From: Calditrichales bacterium
Lineage (GTDB): Bacteria; Calditrichota; Calditrichia; Calditrichales; J004
Reading direction: 5' to 3'
Length of the DNA stretch: 64,000 nucleotides
NCBI GenBank assembly: GCA_965267575.1
Contig: OZ254086.1
Span: 1,696,001-1,760,000, forward strand
Shown piece after piece: positions 29,011 to 38,044 of the stretch. The notes beneath the pieces were generated by a model. It was not told the origin of the DNA and made no database searches. It saw nothing but the letters and a program-made list of their open reading frames with translations. The position numbers and the translations under genes are program-made. The number at the start of each line of letters is the position of its first letter. Position 1 is the first letter of the stretch.

Positions 29011-29946
29011 TCAGGAGGAACGTAAACGTGAGTATCTGTTCCAAACCCTTCTGAACTGCCTTACACTGCCAAAGCCGCACGCTTCTGCGACTTCCGTGAT
29101 GTTGAGATTGGGGTCATCCATCAGCTCACGGGCCCGCTCCATGCGCATACGCTGGGTAAATTCGCGGATTGTAATGCCGGTGCTTTGCTTAAACTGGCGC
29201 GTCAGGTGGCGCGGACTAACGTGCGCTAACTCGGCCAGGTCATCATTGCTGTGCTCGCGGTCCAGGTTCTGAACGATCCAGTCTTGCACGCGGTGTACGT
29301 TCAGGTTGATATGGTTACGAAAGTTCAGCAAAGGGCTGTGCTGGCTGCTGCCGGAATCACGACGAATATAAAGCACCATTTCGCGTGCCACCTTCAGCGT
29401 TATCCGCGGGCCGTAATCCTCTTCCAGGATCGAAAGGGCCAGGTCAATGCCCGAGGCAATCCCCGCGCTGCTGTAGATGTTCTCATCCTTTACAAAAAGT
29501 ACATCCCGCACAACTTCGATCGCTGGAAACATTTGCTGTAATTGATCAAAGCGTTCCCAGTGGGTGGTGCATTTTTTACCATCCAGCAAACCGGCATAAG
29601 CCGGAATGAGCGCGGCATTGCAAATGCTGCAAATCGACGCTTTTTTTGCAGCCTGGCACAGCCACTCAAAAAAGGGTTCGCCCAGGCTCTGCAGATAATG
29701 CATCGAAAAGTTCTGCGACGCTACGCCGGGAAGAAAAATGTAGTCGCCCTTTTGCGGCCGTATGGTATCAAACAGTGTGAGCTTGCTGCTTGTTAAGCCT
29801 TGTCCGGACGTGACTTCTTGTTCCAGCCCGGTAAAGTGTATGCTGTATTGGGCGCCAAAGCGATTGGAACAATCAAACACTTGCAGCGGTCCGTTCAGGT
29901 CCAGCGCCTGGTAGCCGGGGAGCAGGACGAAATAGAGACTTTTCAT
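29011..29946 (-). CDS. GlxA-family transcriptional regulator (DJ-1/PfpI plus AraC HTH)
   Basis: 'LDLNGPLQVF', 'SICNAA…AGLLDG..CTTHW', 'SSAGIASGIDLAL', 'LAELAHVSPRHLTRQF', 'VAEACGFGS'. Confidence 0.93.
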   Translation of the reverse strand: MKSLYFVLLPGYQALDLNGPLQVFDCSNRFGAQYSIHFTGLEQEVTSGQGLTSSKLTLFDTIRPQKGDYIFLPGVASQNFSMHYLQSLGEPFFEWLCQAAKKASICSICNAALIPAYAGLLDGKKCTTHWERFDQLQQMFPAIEVVRDVLFVKDENIYSSAGIASGIDLALSILEEDYGPRITLKVAREMVLYIRRDSGSSQHSPLLNFRNHINLNVHRVQDWIVQNLDREHSNDDLAELAHVSPRHLTRQFKQSTGITIREFTQRMRMERARELMDDPNLNITEVAEACGFGSVRQFRRVWNRYSRLRSS

Positions 29947-30009
29947 AGGCAATTAAGACAATCGACAAAACAGCCTTTATAACGCAGCGATGCGCGCGAT
30001 GTTGCGCCG

Positions 30010-31749
30010 CTACTTAAGAAGCAGGCATTTGCGCGTTAGCGATGTACCTGTCGCCTCCAGCCGGTAATAGTAAACCCCGGAAGCGAGATCGCCTCCGTCG
30101 ATTTTGAGAAAGTGTCTTCCGGCTTGCTGCGTTCCACGGAAAAGCGTTTTAATCTTTTGGCCGATCGTATTATACAGTGCGATTTCAATGTAACCGGGCC
30201 GGGGCAGATGGTAGCTGAACTGTGCTTTTCCGTTGAACGGATTCGGCCGGGGCTGCTCCAGTTCGTAGCTTGCGGCAACGGCTAATTCGGTCGGACCATA
30301 CATTGTGCGCTTGCCGCTGAAATCCACCTGCTCCAGCCAGTAAGTCAACTTTTCGGCAGGCGGCAGGTCCGGGTCCACAAACGCATAGTCAGCGCCGATA
30401 CTGCTGTTTCCTTGCCCTTCTATCAGCCCTGATATAAGCTGCATGTTGGCGCCGCCGCCTGACCGGTATAAATAAAAGCCAAGATTGTCCTGCTCGGAGT
30501 GTGTGCGCCATTCTATCACGGCCCGCTCCCCGGCGGGATCATATCGCGCCAAAAACGAAGCGGCGTCAAAAGAAACAGGCAGCGAAGCGTCATCCTGATT
30601 CCACTGGTAAGTAAGAAAACGCGGACGGTAGGTGTCGGCATTGTCGTACAGTTCAAACACATCCGACGTGTTGACGTTGTAGCTGATGAGCATGTTGCCG
30701 TTATCGCTCAGATGGGGATGGGCCTTGGCGTTGTAGACGAATCCGCCGGTGTACAACGTGTCCTCCGGGCATTCATACAAATAATGGACCGGATCAAAAG
30801 GACCGGTTACGTCGTCTGCGAAGCGCACGCAAACCCATGTATCAAATTCAAACGTCGCCATAAAGCGCCCGTTGCTCAGCGGCGTCATGCTGAATTCCTG
30901 CGAGATGCTGTCGGTAATCACAGCGCAGTTTTCAATGCTGCTTTGCCAGCCGCCGCCATCCCAGAAGCGGTAGCTGGAGAAATTTTCGATGCTGTCCGCC
31001 GGTACGCGTGCCACCACCATCTGCTTTACCTGCAGCGGCCGGTTGCGTGGCCCGTAAATATAAATATAACCATCCGGATTGGGATTCCCGGATGCCGCAG
31101 TCATCGGCATAACAGCCTGGCCGATGACAATCTCATTATCCGAAGCATCTTTATAGTAAAGAGGCGCATCCACATGGGTGTAGTTAATAATATTGTTGCT
31201 AGCATCCAGCTCAAAGGAAATCAGCGTTACACCATTTGGTTCAAAGCCAAGAAAGCCGGGCGGGTCGAACAGCTTCAACCCATAAATATAAAAACGCCCG
31301 TTGATGTTGATGCCATCCATCGGCCAGATCCATTCGCCCGCGGCGGATTCCGGGGTGTCTGCTTCAAACAAAGCCTTCGGATCACCACTGCCATCGCTAT
31401 CCCAGTAAAATGTCATCTCGTTAAACAGGGGCGACTTTGTGCTCAATATTCCGATCGTATTACGGATAAGAACGCTGTTTTGGCGGGCCTTGGTTTCGTC
31501 CACCTCGCCGATGAAGGTATCTCCAAACAAAAACATGGTGCTGTCATCGGCGGCACTTCCCGGCGCATCATAGCCGGAAAAGGGGATGGAATAAACCGCG
31601 TCACTGCCTGTCCAGCCGGAGTCGCGTTCAAACAGGGCGGTCCATTGCGGTTCAAGAGAAACATACGGACTGTTGCTTTGCGCGGTGACCGGCCCGCAAA
31701 AAATAAACAGGCAAAGCATAGCGGATAGCAGGGATTTAGGGAATGCCAT
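30010..31749 (-). CDS. Secreted DUF4185/DUF5005-like beta-propeller (putative glycosidase) with T9SS-type C-terminal domain
   Basis: 'GWTGSDAVYSIP', 'FLFGDTF', 'YNAKAHP', 'LISYNVN', 'YRPRF'; 'LPV…W.T.SE.DNLGF'; 'PNPFN…RKCLLLK'. Confidence 0.7.
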   Translation of the reverse strand: MAFPKSLLSAMLCLFIFCGPVTAQSNSPYVSLEPQWTALFERDSGWTGSDAVYSIPFSGYDAPGSAADDSTMFLFGDTFIGEVDETKARQNSVLIRNTIGILSTKSPLFNEMTFYWDSDGSGDPKALFEADTPESAAGEWIWPMDGININGRFYIYGLKLFDPPGFLGFEPNGVTLISFELDASNNIINYTHVDAPLYYKDASDNEIVIGQAVMPMTAASGNPNPDGYIYIYGPRNRPLQVKQMVVARVPADSIENFSSYRFWDGGGWQSSIENCAVITDSISQEFSMTPLSNGRFMATFEFDTWVCVRFADDVTGPFDPVHYLYECPEDTLYTGGFVYNAKAHPHLSDNGNMLISYNVNTSDVFELYDNADTYRPRFLTYQWNQDDASLPVSFDAASFLARYDPAGERAVIEWRTHSEQDNLGFYLYRSGGGANMQLISGLIEGQGNSSIGADYAFVDPDLPPAEKLTYWLEQVDFSGKRTMYGPTELAVAASYELEQPRPNPFNGKAQFSYHLPRPGYIEIALYNTIGQKIKTLFRGTQQAGRHFLKIDGGDLASGVYYYRLEATGTSLTRKCLLLK

Positions 31750-31752
31750 TTT

Positions 31753-32451
31753 TCACTTCATTGCTTTTACAAAGCGTTCGGTTATCAGCCAGGGACGCGT
31801 GATGGCCGAGCCAACAACCACCGCGTGAGCGCCGAGGTCCAGCGCCTGGCGCGCCTGCTCCGGCGTCCAGATGCGGCCTTCGGCAATGACCGGTATGTGC
31901 GGGGCGAATTCTTTTACACATTGCTGTAGTAATTCAAAATCAGGCAGATTGTCTTTTGCACGTGCTTTGGTTTCTTCGGTGTAGCCCGACAAAGTGGTCC
32001 CGATCAGGTCAAACCCGAGTTTGGTTGCATGGCGGGCATCGTCAAGCGTGGCAATATCGGCCATGAGCAGGGCGGGTGTGCTGGCGCGCAGTTTGGCTAT
32101 CATCGCAGACAGATCGGCATTTTCGGGTCGCACGCGCCTCGTGGCGTCCATGGCGATGATCGCGCAGCCGGTTGCTGCCACGGCCATGGCCTCCTTTTCA
32201 GTCGGCGTAATAAATACGGGGCTATCGGCATATTCCTTTTTAAAAATCCCGATCACAGGCATTTTAACGACACGTGCAATGGCCCGGATATTTTCGGGGT
32301 AGTTTGCGCGAATACCGGCGGCGCCGCCTAAGACAGCCGCCTTGGCCATGGCCGCCAGAATATGCGGCTGCCCCAAAGGCTCATGGCCCTCCGCCTGGCA
32401 GGAAACAATCAGACGGTTTTTGATGTGATTTAAAAGCTCTTTTTTGTCCAT
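31753..32451 (-). CDS. nanE: N-acetylmannosamine-6-phosphate 2-epimerase
   Basis: 'LIVSCQA', 'MAKAA..GGAAGIRAN', 'PVIGI.K', 'VFITPT', 'MADI', 'GTTLSGYT', 'VIAEG', 'VVVGSAITRP'. Confidence 0.95.
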   Translation of the reverse strand: MDKKELLNHIKNRLIVSCQAEGHEPLGQPHILAAMAKAAVLGGAAGIRANYPENIRAIARVVKMPVIGIFKKEYADSPVFITPTEKEAMAVAATGCAIIAMDATRRVRPENADLSAMIAKLRASTPALLMADIATLDDARHATKLGFDLIGTTLSGYTEETKARAKDNLPDFELLQQCVKEFAPHIPVIAEGRIWTPEQARQALDLGAHAVVVGSAITRPWLITERFVKAMK

Positions 32452-32460
32452 AGTTTTTAA

Positions 32461-32500
32461 GTCCTGATGTCTCGAGGTCTTGATGTCTTGAAGTCATGAT
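32461..32500. repeat. Five tandem imperfect octamers (GTCYTGAW)
   Basis: gtcctgat gtctcgag gtcttgat gtcttgaa gtcatgat, 9 nt upstream of the nanE ATG. Confidence 0.8.
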
Positions 32501-32506
32501 TCCTCT

Positions 32507-32600
32507 GTCTGAACTGTGATTTGTGTGATGAAATGATTTCTTGATTTTAAGAATTCTGAATCATCGTCCATCAGGTAATCATAAGAATCATAGTTCAGAC
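32507..32600. repeat. 94-bp imperfect palindromic element, copy 2
   Basis: Terminal inverted repeats GTCTGAACTGTGATT…AATCATAGTTCAGAC; 80/94 identical to 22594-22687 in inverted orientation. Confidence 0.88.
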
Positions 32601-32617
32601 TTTGTGTGTTATCCCGG

Positions 32618-32652
32618 GATCCCGGTGTCGCTCGTCCGCGAACCGGGATGAC
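32618..32652. repeat. REP-like hairpin
   Basis: GATCCCGGTGTCGC-TCGTCC-GCGAACCGGGATGAC, immediately after the GH94 stop. Confidence 0.75.
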
Positions 32653-32655
32653 ACA

Positions 32656-35082
32656 TTACGTCGTAGGTTGTAAAACGCACTTTATCTCAAGGCTGTCTTT
32701 GCCGGCCAGCAGTTTCGCTACGCTTTTATCCCGCAAGTCTATCAGCGCGCCGTTCAGGGCTGTACCATCAATCTCCATTTCAACCCGGCCTTTATTCAAG
32801 CCATGCGGGTTTTCGATACGGAAATTGTATATGGTGCCGCGGTACTTACGCCGCACTTTGTAGCTTTTCCACTCTTTCGGGATACAGGGATCCACAAGCA
32901 GACCATGGTAGGTGGGACGGATGCCGCAGATATGGTCGGTGGCGTCACGCAGCATCCAGGTGGAAGAGCCGGTGAGCCAGCTGTGACTGGCCTGGCCGTA
33001 GGTCGGGTGGTCGGGGCTGGTGACATATTCGGCGTAGACATAAGGCTCCACCTCGTAACGGTCAATGTCGATCACCGGGTTCATGGGCAGGGCTTTTTTG
33101 TAAATTTCAAAAGCGCGCTCGCCACGGCCATGAACGCATTCGGCCAAAACGGCCCAGCTTACTGGGTGATTGAACACGGCGCCGTTCTCTTTTTTGCCGG
33201 GAACACAGCGCGTAGCCAGGCCAATGTTGTCGTTGATTTTCGTATAGGCCGGGTGCAGGATTTTAGGGCCCTTTGGCGTATCCAGGTGATCGATCACCGC
33301 GTCCAGGCATTTTTGGGCGCGCTCTCCCTGCGCCACACCGCTGATCACGGCCCAGGTTTGCACATTCAGAAAAATTTTGCCCTCTTCATTTTTAGAAGAA
33401 CCGATTACATCGCCCAGATCGTTGGTGCCTCGGGTATACCATTCGCCGTCCCAGCAGTGTGTGTTAATCGCCTGGCTAATGCGGTCGTATTCCTTCCGGT
33501 AGCGTTTTTCCGTTTTCTCACTACCGATGGCCCGGCACAGGGCAATGGTCTCACGCAGGATATAGCAAAGATACATGGTTACCCACACGCTCTCGCCCTT
33601 GCCGCCGCGACCCAGGTAATCCAGCGTGTCATTCCAGTCGCCGGGGCCAAATTTGGCCAGCCCCCGATCGGACAAATTGCGGATCGTATAATCGATGGCG
33701 GCGCACAGGTGTCCAAAGATGGTGGCATCGTCTTCATCGTAATAGCGTACTTTTTCTTCCAAAAAGGCGAAATCGCCGGTTTCCTTCAAATAGACCATAA
33801 TCGAGAGCGGCAGCCACAGCGGGGTATCGGTGTGACCGGTTTGCTCACCGCCGCCGGTTAGCGGGAAGTAAAGATGAAACACCTTGCCTTCCTTAAACTG
33901 GTAACCGGCCATCTCCGTGATACGTTTTTTGACCCACTGCGGCCGCGGCATCACCGGACCCATGATGTCCTGGCAGCTGTCACGGTATCCGCGCCCAAAC
34001 AGCAATCCGCCATGATAATAAGAGGCATCACGGCTGAACAGGAACGTCACCGAGGTCTGATACTGGTTCCAGACGTTGATCATGCGGTTCATGTCTTCGT
34101 CCGGCGTATCAACCTGCACGTGGCTAATGTAATCACTCCAGTGGTTGCGCAGGTTGAAATAAGCTTGTTCAACCACATTCTCGCTGCGGTATTTTTTTAC
34201 AATCCGGGTGGCTTCGTTTTTATAATCCGCGCGTGGTACGACACCCAGCATAAGCGAAAACTCTATGTCCTCGCCCGGCGCCAGGGTTACTTCGTTTTGC
34301 AGAACGGCCACGGCGTCGCCCGCGGTGATGGCTGTATTGCGGCATTGGCCCTCTTCCACGGCCAGCGGATTTTCTTCCGATCGCCAACGGCCGATAAATT
34401 CATTTTTGCTGCCGTCAAAACCCTTTACCGGCAGAGTAGAGGCAAAAAAAACATAGCGATCCCAGGCTTCATTGGCCTGCTTTACGGTCGCGCCGGAGTA
34501 GCGCACCCAGTAGCGCTTGGAGGCAAAAAGGATTTCCTCGCCTTTGTCAAAAAAAACATCGTTAAAATGCTGATCGTTCGGCTGGTTGATCAGGTCTACA
34601 AGGGCATGGCCGAGGCACAGTTCCACGAATCCGAAAATGTCAAAGGTGCGTTTTTTCCTGCTGTCGTTTTTCAGTTGCACACGCCAGATCTCCAGGTCGT
34701 CATCTTCCGGCACGAAGTACAATACCTCATGGCTGCAGCCGTGGGCCGCCGACTCGATGCGTGTGTAATACTGCCCGTGGTGGCAGGCGTATGTGTCCAG
34801 CTTTGTAAAAGTCGGCTGCCAGGTGGGCGACCAGTATTCGCCGGTCTCACGGTCACGGAAGTAGATGTAGCGTCCCGGCCGGTCCACGGGCAGGCTGTTA
34901 TAGCGCCAACGCGTGATACGGCTGTCTTTGGGTGAGCGGTAAAAGCTAAAGCCGCCTCCGGTATTACTGACAAGCCCGTTGTAGCGTCCGTTGGAAATAT
35001 AGTTCACCCACGGTGCCGGCGTATCGGGCCGGGTAATTATAAATTCGCGGTTATCTTCCGAAAAATATCCGTACTTCTGCAT
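32656..35082 (-). CDS. GH94 glycoside phosphorylase (cellobiose/chitobiose phosphorylase-like)
   Basis: 'YGYF..DNREFIITRPDTPAPWVNY', 'SNTGGGFSFY', 'GRGYRDSCQD', 'GDWNDTL', 'KENGAVFNH', 'SWLTGS'. Confidence 0.93.
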   Translation of the reverse strand: MQKYGYFSEDNREFIITRPDTPAPWVNYISNGRYNGLVSNTGGGFSFYRSPKDSRITRWRYNSLPVDRPGRYIYFRDRETGEYWSPTWQPTFTKLDTYACHHGQYYTRIESAAHGCSHEVLYFVPEDDDLEIWRVQLKNDSRKKRTFDIFGFVELCLGHALVDLINQPNDQHFNDVFFDKGEEILFASKRYWVRYSGATVKQANEAWDRYVFFASTLPVKGFDGSKNEFIGRWRSEENPLAVEEGQCRNTAITAGDAVAVLQNEVTLAPGEDIEFSLMLGVVPRADYKNEATRIVKKYRSENVVEQAYFNLRNHWSDYISHVQVDTPDEDMNRMINVWNQYQTSVTFLFSRDASYYHGGLLFGRGYRDSCQDIMGPVMPRPQWVKKRITEMAGYQFKEGKVFHLYFPLTGGGEQTGHTDTPLWLPLSIMVYLKETGDFAFLEEKVRYYDEDDATIFGHLCAAIDYTIRNLSDRGLAKFGPGDWNDTLDYLGRGGKGESVWVTMYLCYILRETIALCRAIGSEKTEKRYRKEYDRISQAINTHCWDGEWYTRGTNDLGDVIGSSKNEEGKIFLNVQTWAVISGVAQGERAQKCLDAVIDHLDTPKGPKILHPAYTKINDNIGLATRCVPGKKENGAVFNHPVSWAVLAECVHGRGERAFEIYKKALPMNPVIDIDRYEVEPYVYAEYVTSPDHPTYGQASHSWLTGSSTWMLRDATDHICGIRPTYHGLLVDPCIPKEWKSYKVRRKYRGTIYNFRIENPHGLNKGRVEMEIDGTALNGALIDLRDKSVAKLLAGKDSLEIKCVLQPTT

Positions 35083-35125
35083 TTCTTTCCTTTTATATTT
35101 TTGATTTCTTTGTTACAGTGCGGAA

Positions 35126-36520
35126 CTAACTTTGCATCATTTCGCGGCCGGCAGCAAGCAGTTTTTTAACGAACGCATCATCCCCACCGCCGCAATAAAC
35201 CCGGAACAGCGGCTCCGTGTCAGACAGGCGGATAAGCATCCAGGCGTTATCCAAATAAAACTTGATGCCGTCTTTGGTGACAATGCGCTCAACCTTACGT
35301 CCGGCGATTGCGTCGGGAGGCTGCCTGAGCAAATTTTGCAGATTGCTTCTCAGCGCGTCCGGCTTGCCGTAGGCATCGATACGGCGATAATGAAACGGCC
35401 CGAAACGGTCGCGAAGCTCTTCCACAAGTTGGGAGGGCGGTACCTTCCGCTCGGCCAGCAATTCCAGAAACAACAGGCAGGAAAGTACCCCGTCACGTTC
35501 GGGGATGTGGCCGGAAAAGCCGAACCCGCCGCTCTCTTCGCCCCCGATGAGCACATCGCCTTTGAGCATCTCTTCGGTAATATTTTTAAAGCCCACGGCT
35601 ACTTCACACACTTCCGTGTTATATTCCGCGGCCATTTTGTCCACCGTATCCGCCATGGAACTTGTGCGTACCACGCGTCCTGTTTTACCGCGGCTCTTTA
35701 CCAGGTGCTCAAACAGCAGCGGCAGCAGATCGTGCAATTCTAAAAAATTACCCTTTTCGTCGATGACGCCAAAGCGGTCGGCATCGCCATCGGTTGCAAA
35801 ACCGCACAGGGCTTTGTTTTGCACAACGGCATCGGACAGGGGTTGCAGCGCCGGCATAAGTGGTTCGGGATTCACGCCGCCGAACATCGGGTCGGGATGG
35901 TCGCGCAGTTTCAGCACCTGCAGGCCGGTTAATTCTTCCAGCTTATCGGCAACTGCGCAACCGGCCCCCTGCATGGCATCAAAGACAATGGTTCTACCTT
36001 TAAGGGCTTTCAGTTTTCCGGCGCCCACGAAGGTATTGAGGCTGTTCAGCCAGGGCGTCAGCATATCAACCGCCAACAGGGCAGGATCATCCCTGTTTGC
36101 AGCCTTTACCTGTTGCGCCAGCAGCGTTTCAATACGGTGCGTCCAGCGCGGCAGCATGGGACCGCCATACTCCCCCTTGAATTTTATACCATTGTAAAAA
36201 TAGGGGTTATGGCTGGCGGTAAACATAACGCCTCCGGCCAGCTTGTTGCGTGCTACATAAAGAGACAACGCCGGTGTGGGAAGAAAACGATCGCTTAAAA
36301 GCGCATTAACGCCATTACCCTCCAGCTGCTGCGCGAAGGCCTCGGCAAAACGGTCGGAAAGAAAGCGCGTGTCAAAACCCACGGCCACGTTTTTATTGGC
36401 AGTTTCCTGCTGTTTGAGCCAGGCGGCATAGGCGTCTGCCACGCGGCGCACGTTTTCAAATGTAAAACTATCGGCAATAGGCGCGCGCCAGCCGTCGGTG
36501 CCAAAACGGATCTCTTTCAT
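35126..36520 (-). CDS. Phosphoglucomutase/phosphomannomutase family
   Basis: 'FGTDGWR', 'TASHNP', 'DGDADR', 'GGEESGG', 'R.S.TEP'. Start moved to ATG 36520. Confidence 0.93.
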   Translation of the reverse strand: MKEIRFGTDGWRAPIADSFTFENVRRVADAYAAWLKQQETANKNVAVGFDTRFLSDRFAEAFAQQLEGNGVNALLSDRFLPTPALSLYVARNKLAGGVMFTASHNPYFYNGIKFKGEYGGPMLPRWTHRIETLLAQQVKAANRDDPALLAVDMLTPWLNSLNTFVGAGKLKALKGRTIVFDAMQGAGCAVADKLEELTGLQVLKLRDHPDPMFGGVNPEPLMPALQPLSDAVVQNKALCGFATDGDADRFGVIDEKGNFLELHDLLPLLFEHLVKSRGKTGRVVRTSSMADTVDKMAAEYNTEVCEVAVGFKNITEEMLKGDVLIGGEESGGFGFSGHIPERDGVLSCLLFLELLAERKVPPSQLVEELRDRFGPFHYRRIDAYGKPDALRSNLQNLLRQPPDAIAGRKVERIVTKDGIKFYLDNAWMLIRLSDTEPLFRVYCGGGDDAFVKKLLAAGREMMQS

Positions 36521-36525
36521 AAGCC

Positions 36526-37968
36526 TCACACATGAACATATACGGAAATGGCCAGGAATACGGCAGATGCCAGGATCAGCAATCCAAACAGCGGCAGCAT
36601 AAAGCGCCACCATTTTTGCAGCGGAATGCCTGCCAGGCTTAGCATGGCCATTAGTACGCCGGATGTGGGGATGATGCTGTTGGAAAAACCATCGCCACAG
36701 GTAAAAGCAAAAACGGCTGTCTGGCGGCTGAGACCAAGCACATCGGCCAGCGGCGCCATCAGCGGCATGGTAACCGCAGCCTGCCCGGAACCGGACGGGA
36801 TGAAGAAATTTAGCGTGCCCTGGAAAACAAGCATACCCCAGGCGGCAAACACATTGTGGAAATCACGCAGCAGGTTGGCCGCACCGTAGATCAAGGAATC
36901 CAGGATCTGGCCGTCTGAGAGAACCACTTCGATGCCACGGGCAAAACCAACAACCAGCGCGGCCACAACCATCTCTTCCATGCCCTTAACGAAGGCTTCC
37001 ATCGCCTCTTTTAATTTCAGGTCGCTGATCATCCAGGCCACGATGCCCATCAAAAAGAAACCGCCGGACATCTCGTTCATCCACCAGCCCAGTGTCTGCA
37101 CTGCCGTGAGGATCAGGGCAAATATTGCCACCGTGGCGACAAGAATATAAACGTGGCGTTTTGTCAGGCTTTCTTTTTGTATTTCCAGGTGCGAGAGGTC
37201 AAAATCATCTTGTGGCATCAACGACTTGGACGGGTCTTTTTTGATACGCCGGCCATAGCGCAGAGTATACGTGATGGCAATGGCCAGGCAGACGACAAGA
37301 AAAATCACCCGGAAGCCGATTTCGCTGTTCAGAGGCAGTTCGGCAATACCCTGGGCGATGTTTACGGTAAACGGATTGGTCGTTGCCGCGGCGAAGCCTA
37401 TTTCCGCCGCTATCAGAACCATGGCCAGACCGTAAATACGATCGTAACCCATTTGTTTTGAAATAAGCAGAAAGATCGGTACAAGGGGGATGAATTCTTC
37501 TCCCATGCCAAGGGTCGATCCGCCAACGGCGATAACAATCATTATAATAATGGTAAGCAAAGCGTCCGACTTGCGAAATTTTTCCACCATCTTTTGCAGT
37601 ACGGCCACAATGGTGCCTGTACGTTGAATAACACCCAGCGCACCACCGATGATAAAGATGAAAAAGATGATGTCGGCCGCTTCCTGCATGCCACGGGGTA
37701 TGGCGCTTAAAAAGCCCAGCAGGCTCACCGGGGAGGCTTTACCTTCCGCCTCATCGCCAATGATCAGGCCTTTGGCGGAAATATGTTTTTCAATGGGTTG
37801 GAAAGTACCCGGCTGAACGACATTTCTGGTCAATCCGCCAACGACTTTTGTTTCACGCTCATACGAGCCGGAAGGGATGAAATAGGTAAGCAATGAACAG
37901 AACAGAATAACATACACCAACAATGTGAAAACGTGGGGCATTTCCACGTTCCTGAACCATGACCTCAT
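36526..37968 (-). CDS. YfcC/DcuC-like transporter
   Basis: 'MPHVFTLL', 'IPSGSYER', 'NPFTV.IAQ.IAELP', 'FFIPSGSGQAAVTMP.MAPL.D', 'GDGFSN'. Confidence 0.88.
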   Translation of the reverse strand: MRSWFRNVEMPHVFTLLVYVILFCSLLTYFIPSGSYERETKVVGGLTRNVVQPGTFQPIEKHISAKGLIIGDEAEGKASPVSLLGFLSAIPRGMQEAADIIFFIFIIGGALGVIQRTGTIVAVLQKMVEKFRKSDALLTIIIMIVIAVGGSTLGMGEEFIPLVPIFLLISKQMGYDRIYGLAMVLIAAEIGFAAATTNPFTVNIAQGIAELPLNSEIGFRVIFLVVCLAIAITYTLRYGRRIKKDPSKSLMPQDDFDLSHLEIQKESLTKRHVYILVATVAIFALILTAVQTLGWWMNEMSGGFFLMGIVAWMISDLKLKEAMEAFVKGMEEMVVAALVVGFARGIEVVLSDGQILDSLIYGAANLLRDFHNVFAAWGMLVFQGTLNFFIPSGSGQAAVTMPLMAPLADVLGLSRQTAVFAFTCGDGFSNSIIPTSGVLMAMLSLAGIPLQKWWRFMLPLFGLLILASAVFLAISVYVHV

Positions 37969-38044
37969 TAGACCTCCCTGAAAAATCGGCTTTGATTGAG
38001 TAGCGGGTTAAAACCCAATTTAGCAATAATTGTAATACGCTGCC

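Noticed and set aside
18626-32652. Repeats as a CRISPR array
   Set aside because: Copies are dispersed, with no regular repeat-spacer structure and no cas genes.
399-34935. Long antisense ORFs (e.g. 399-1268, 6266-7261, 14418-15602, 30499-31728, 32803-33861, 33874-34935)
   Set aside because: They lie opposite well-supported genes and read as codon-bias shadows without domain motifs.
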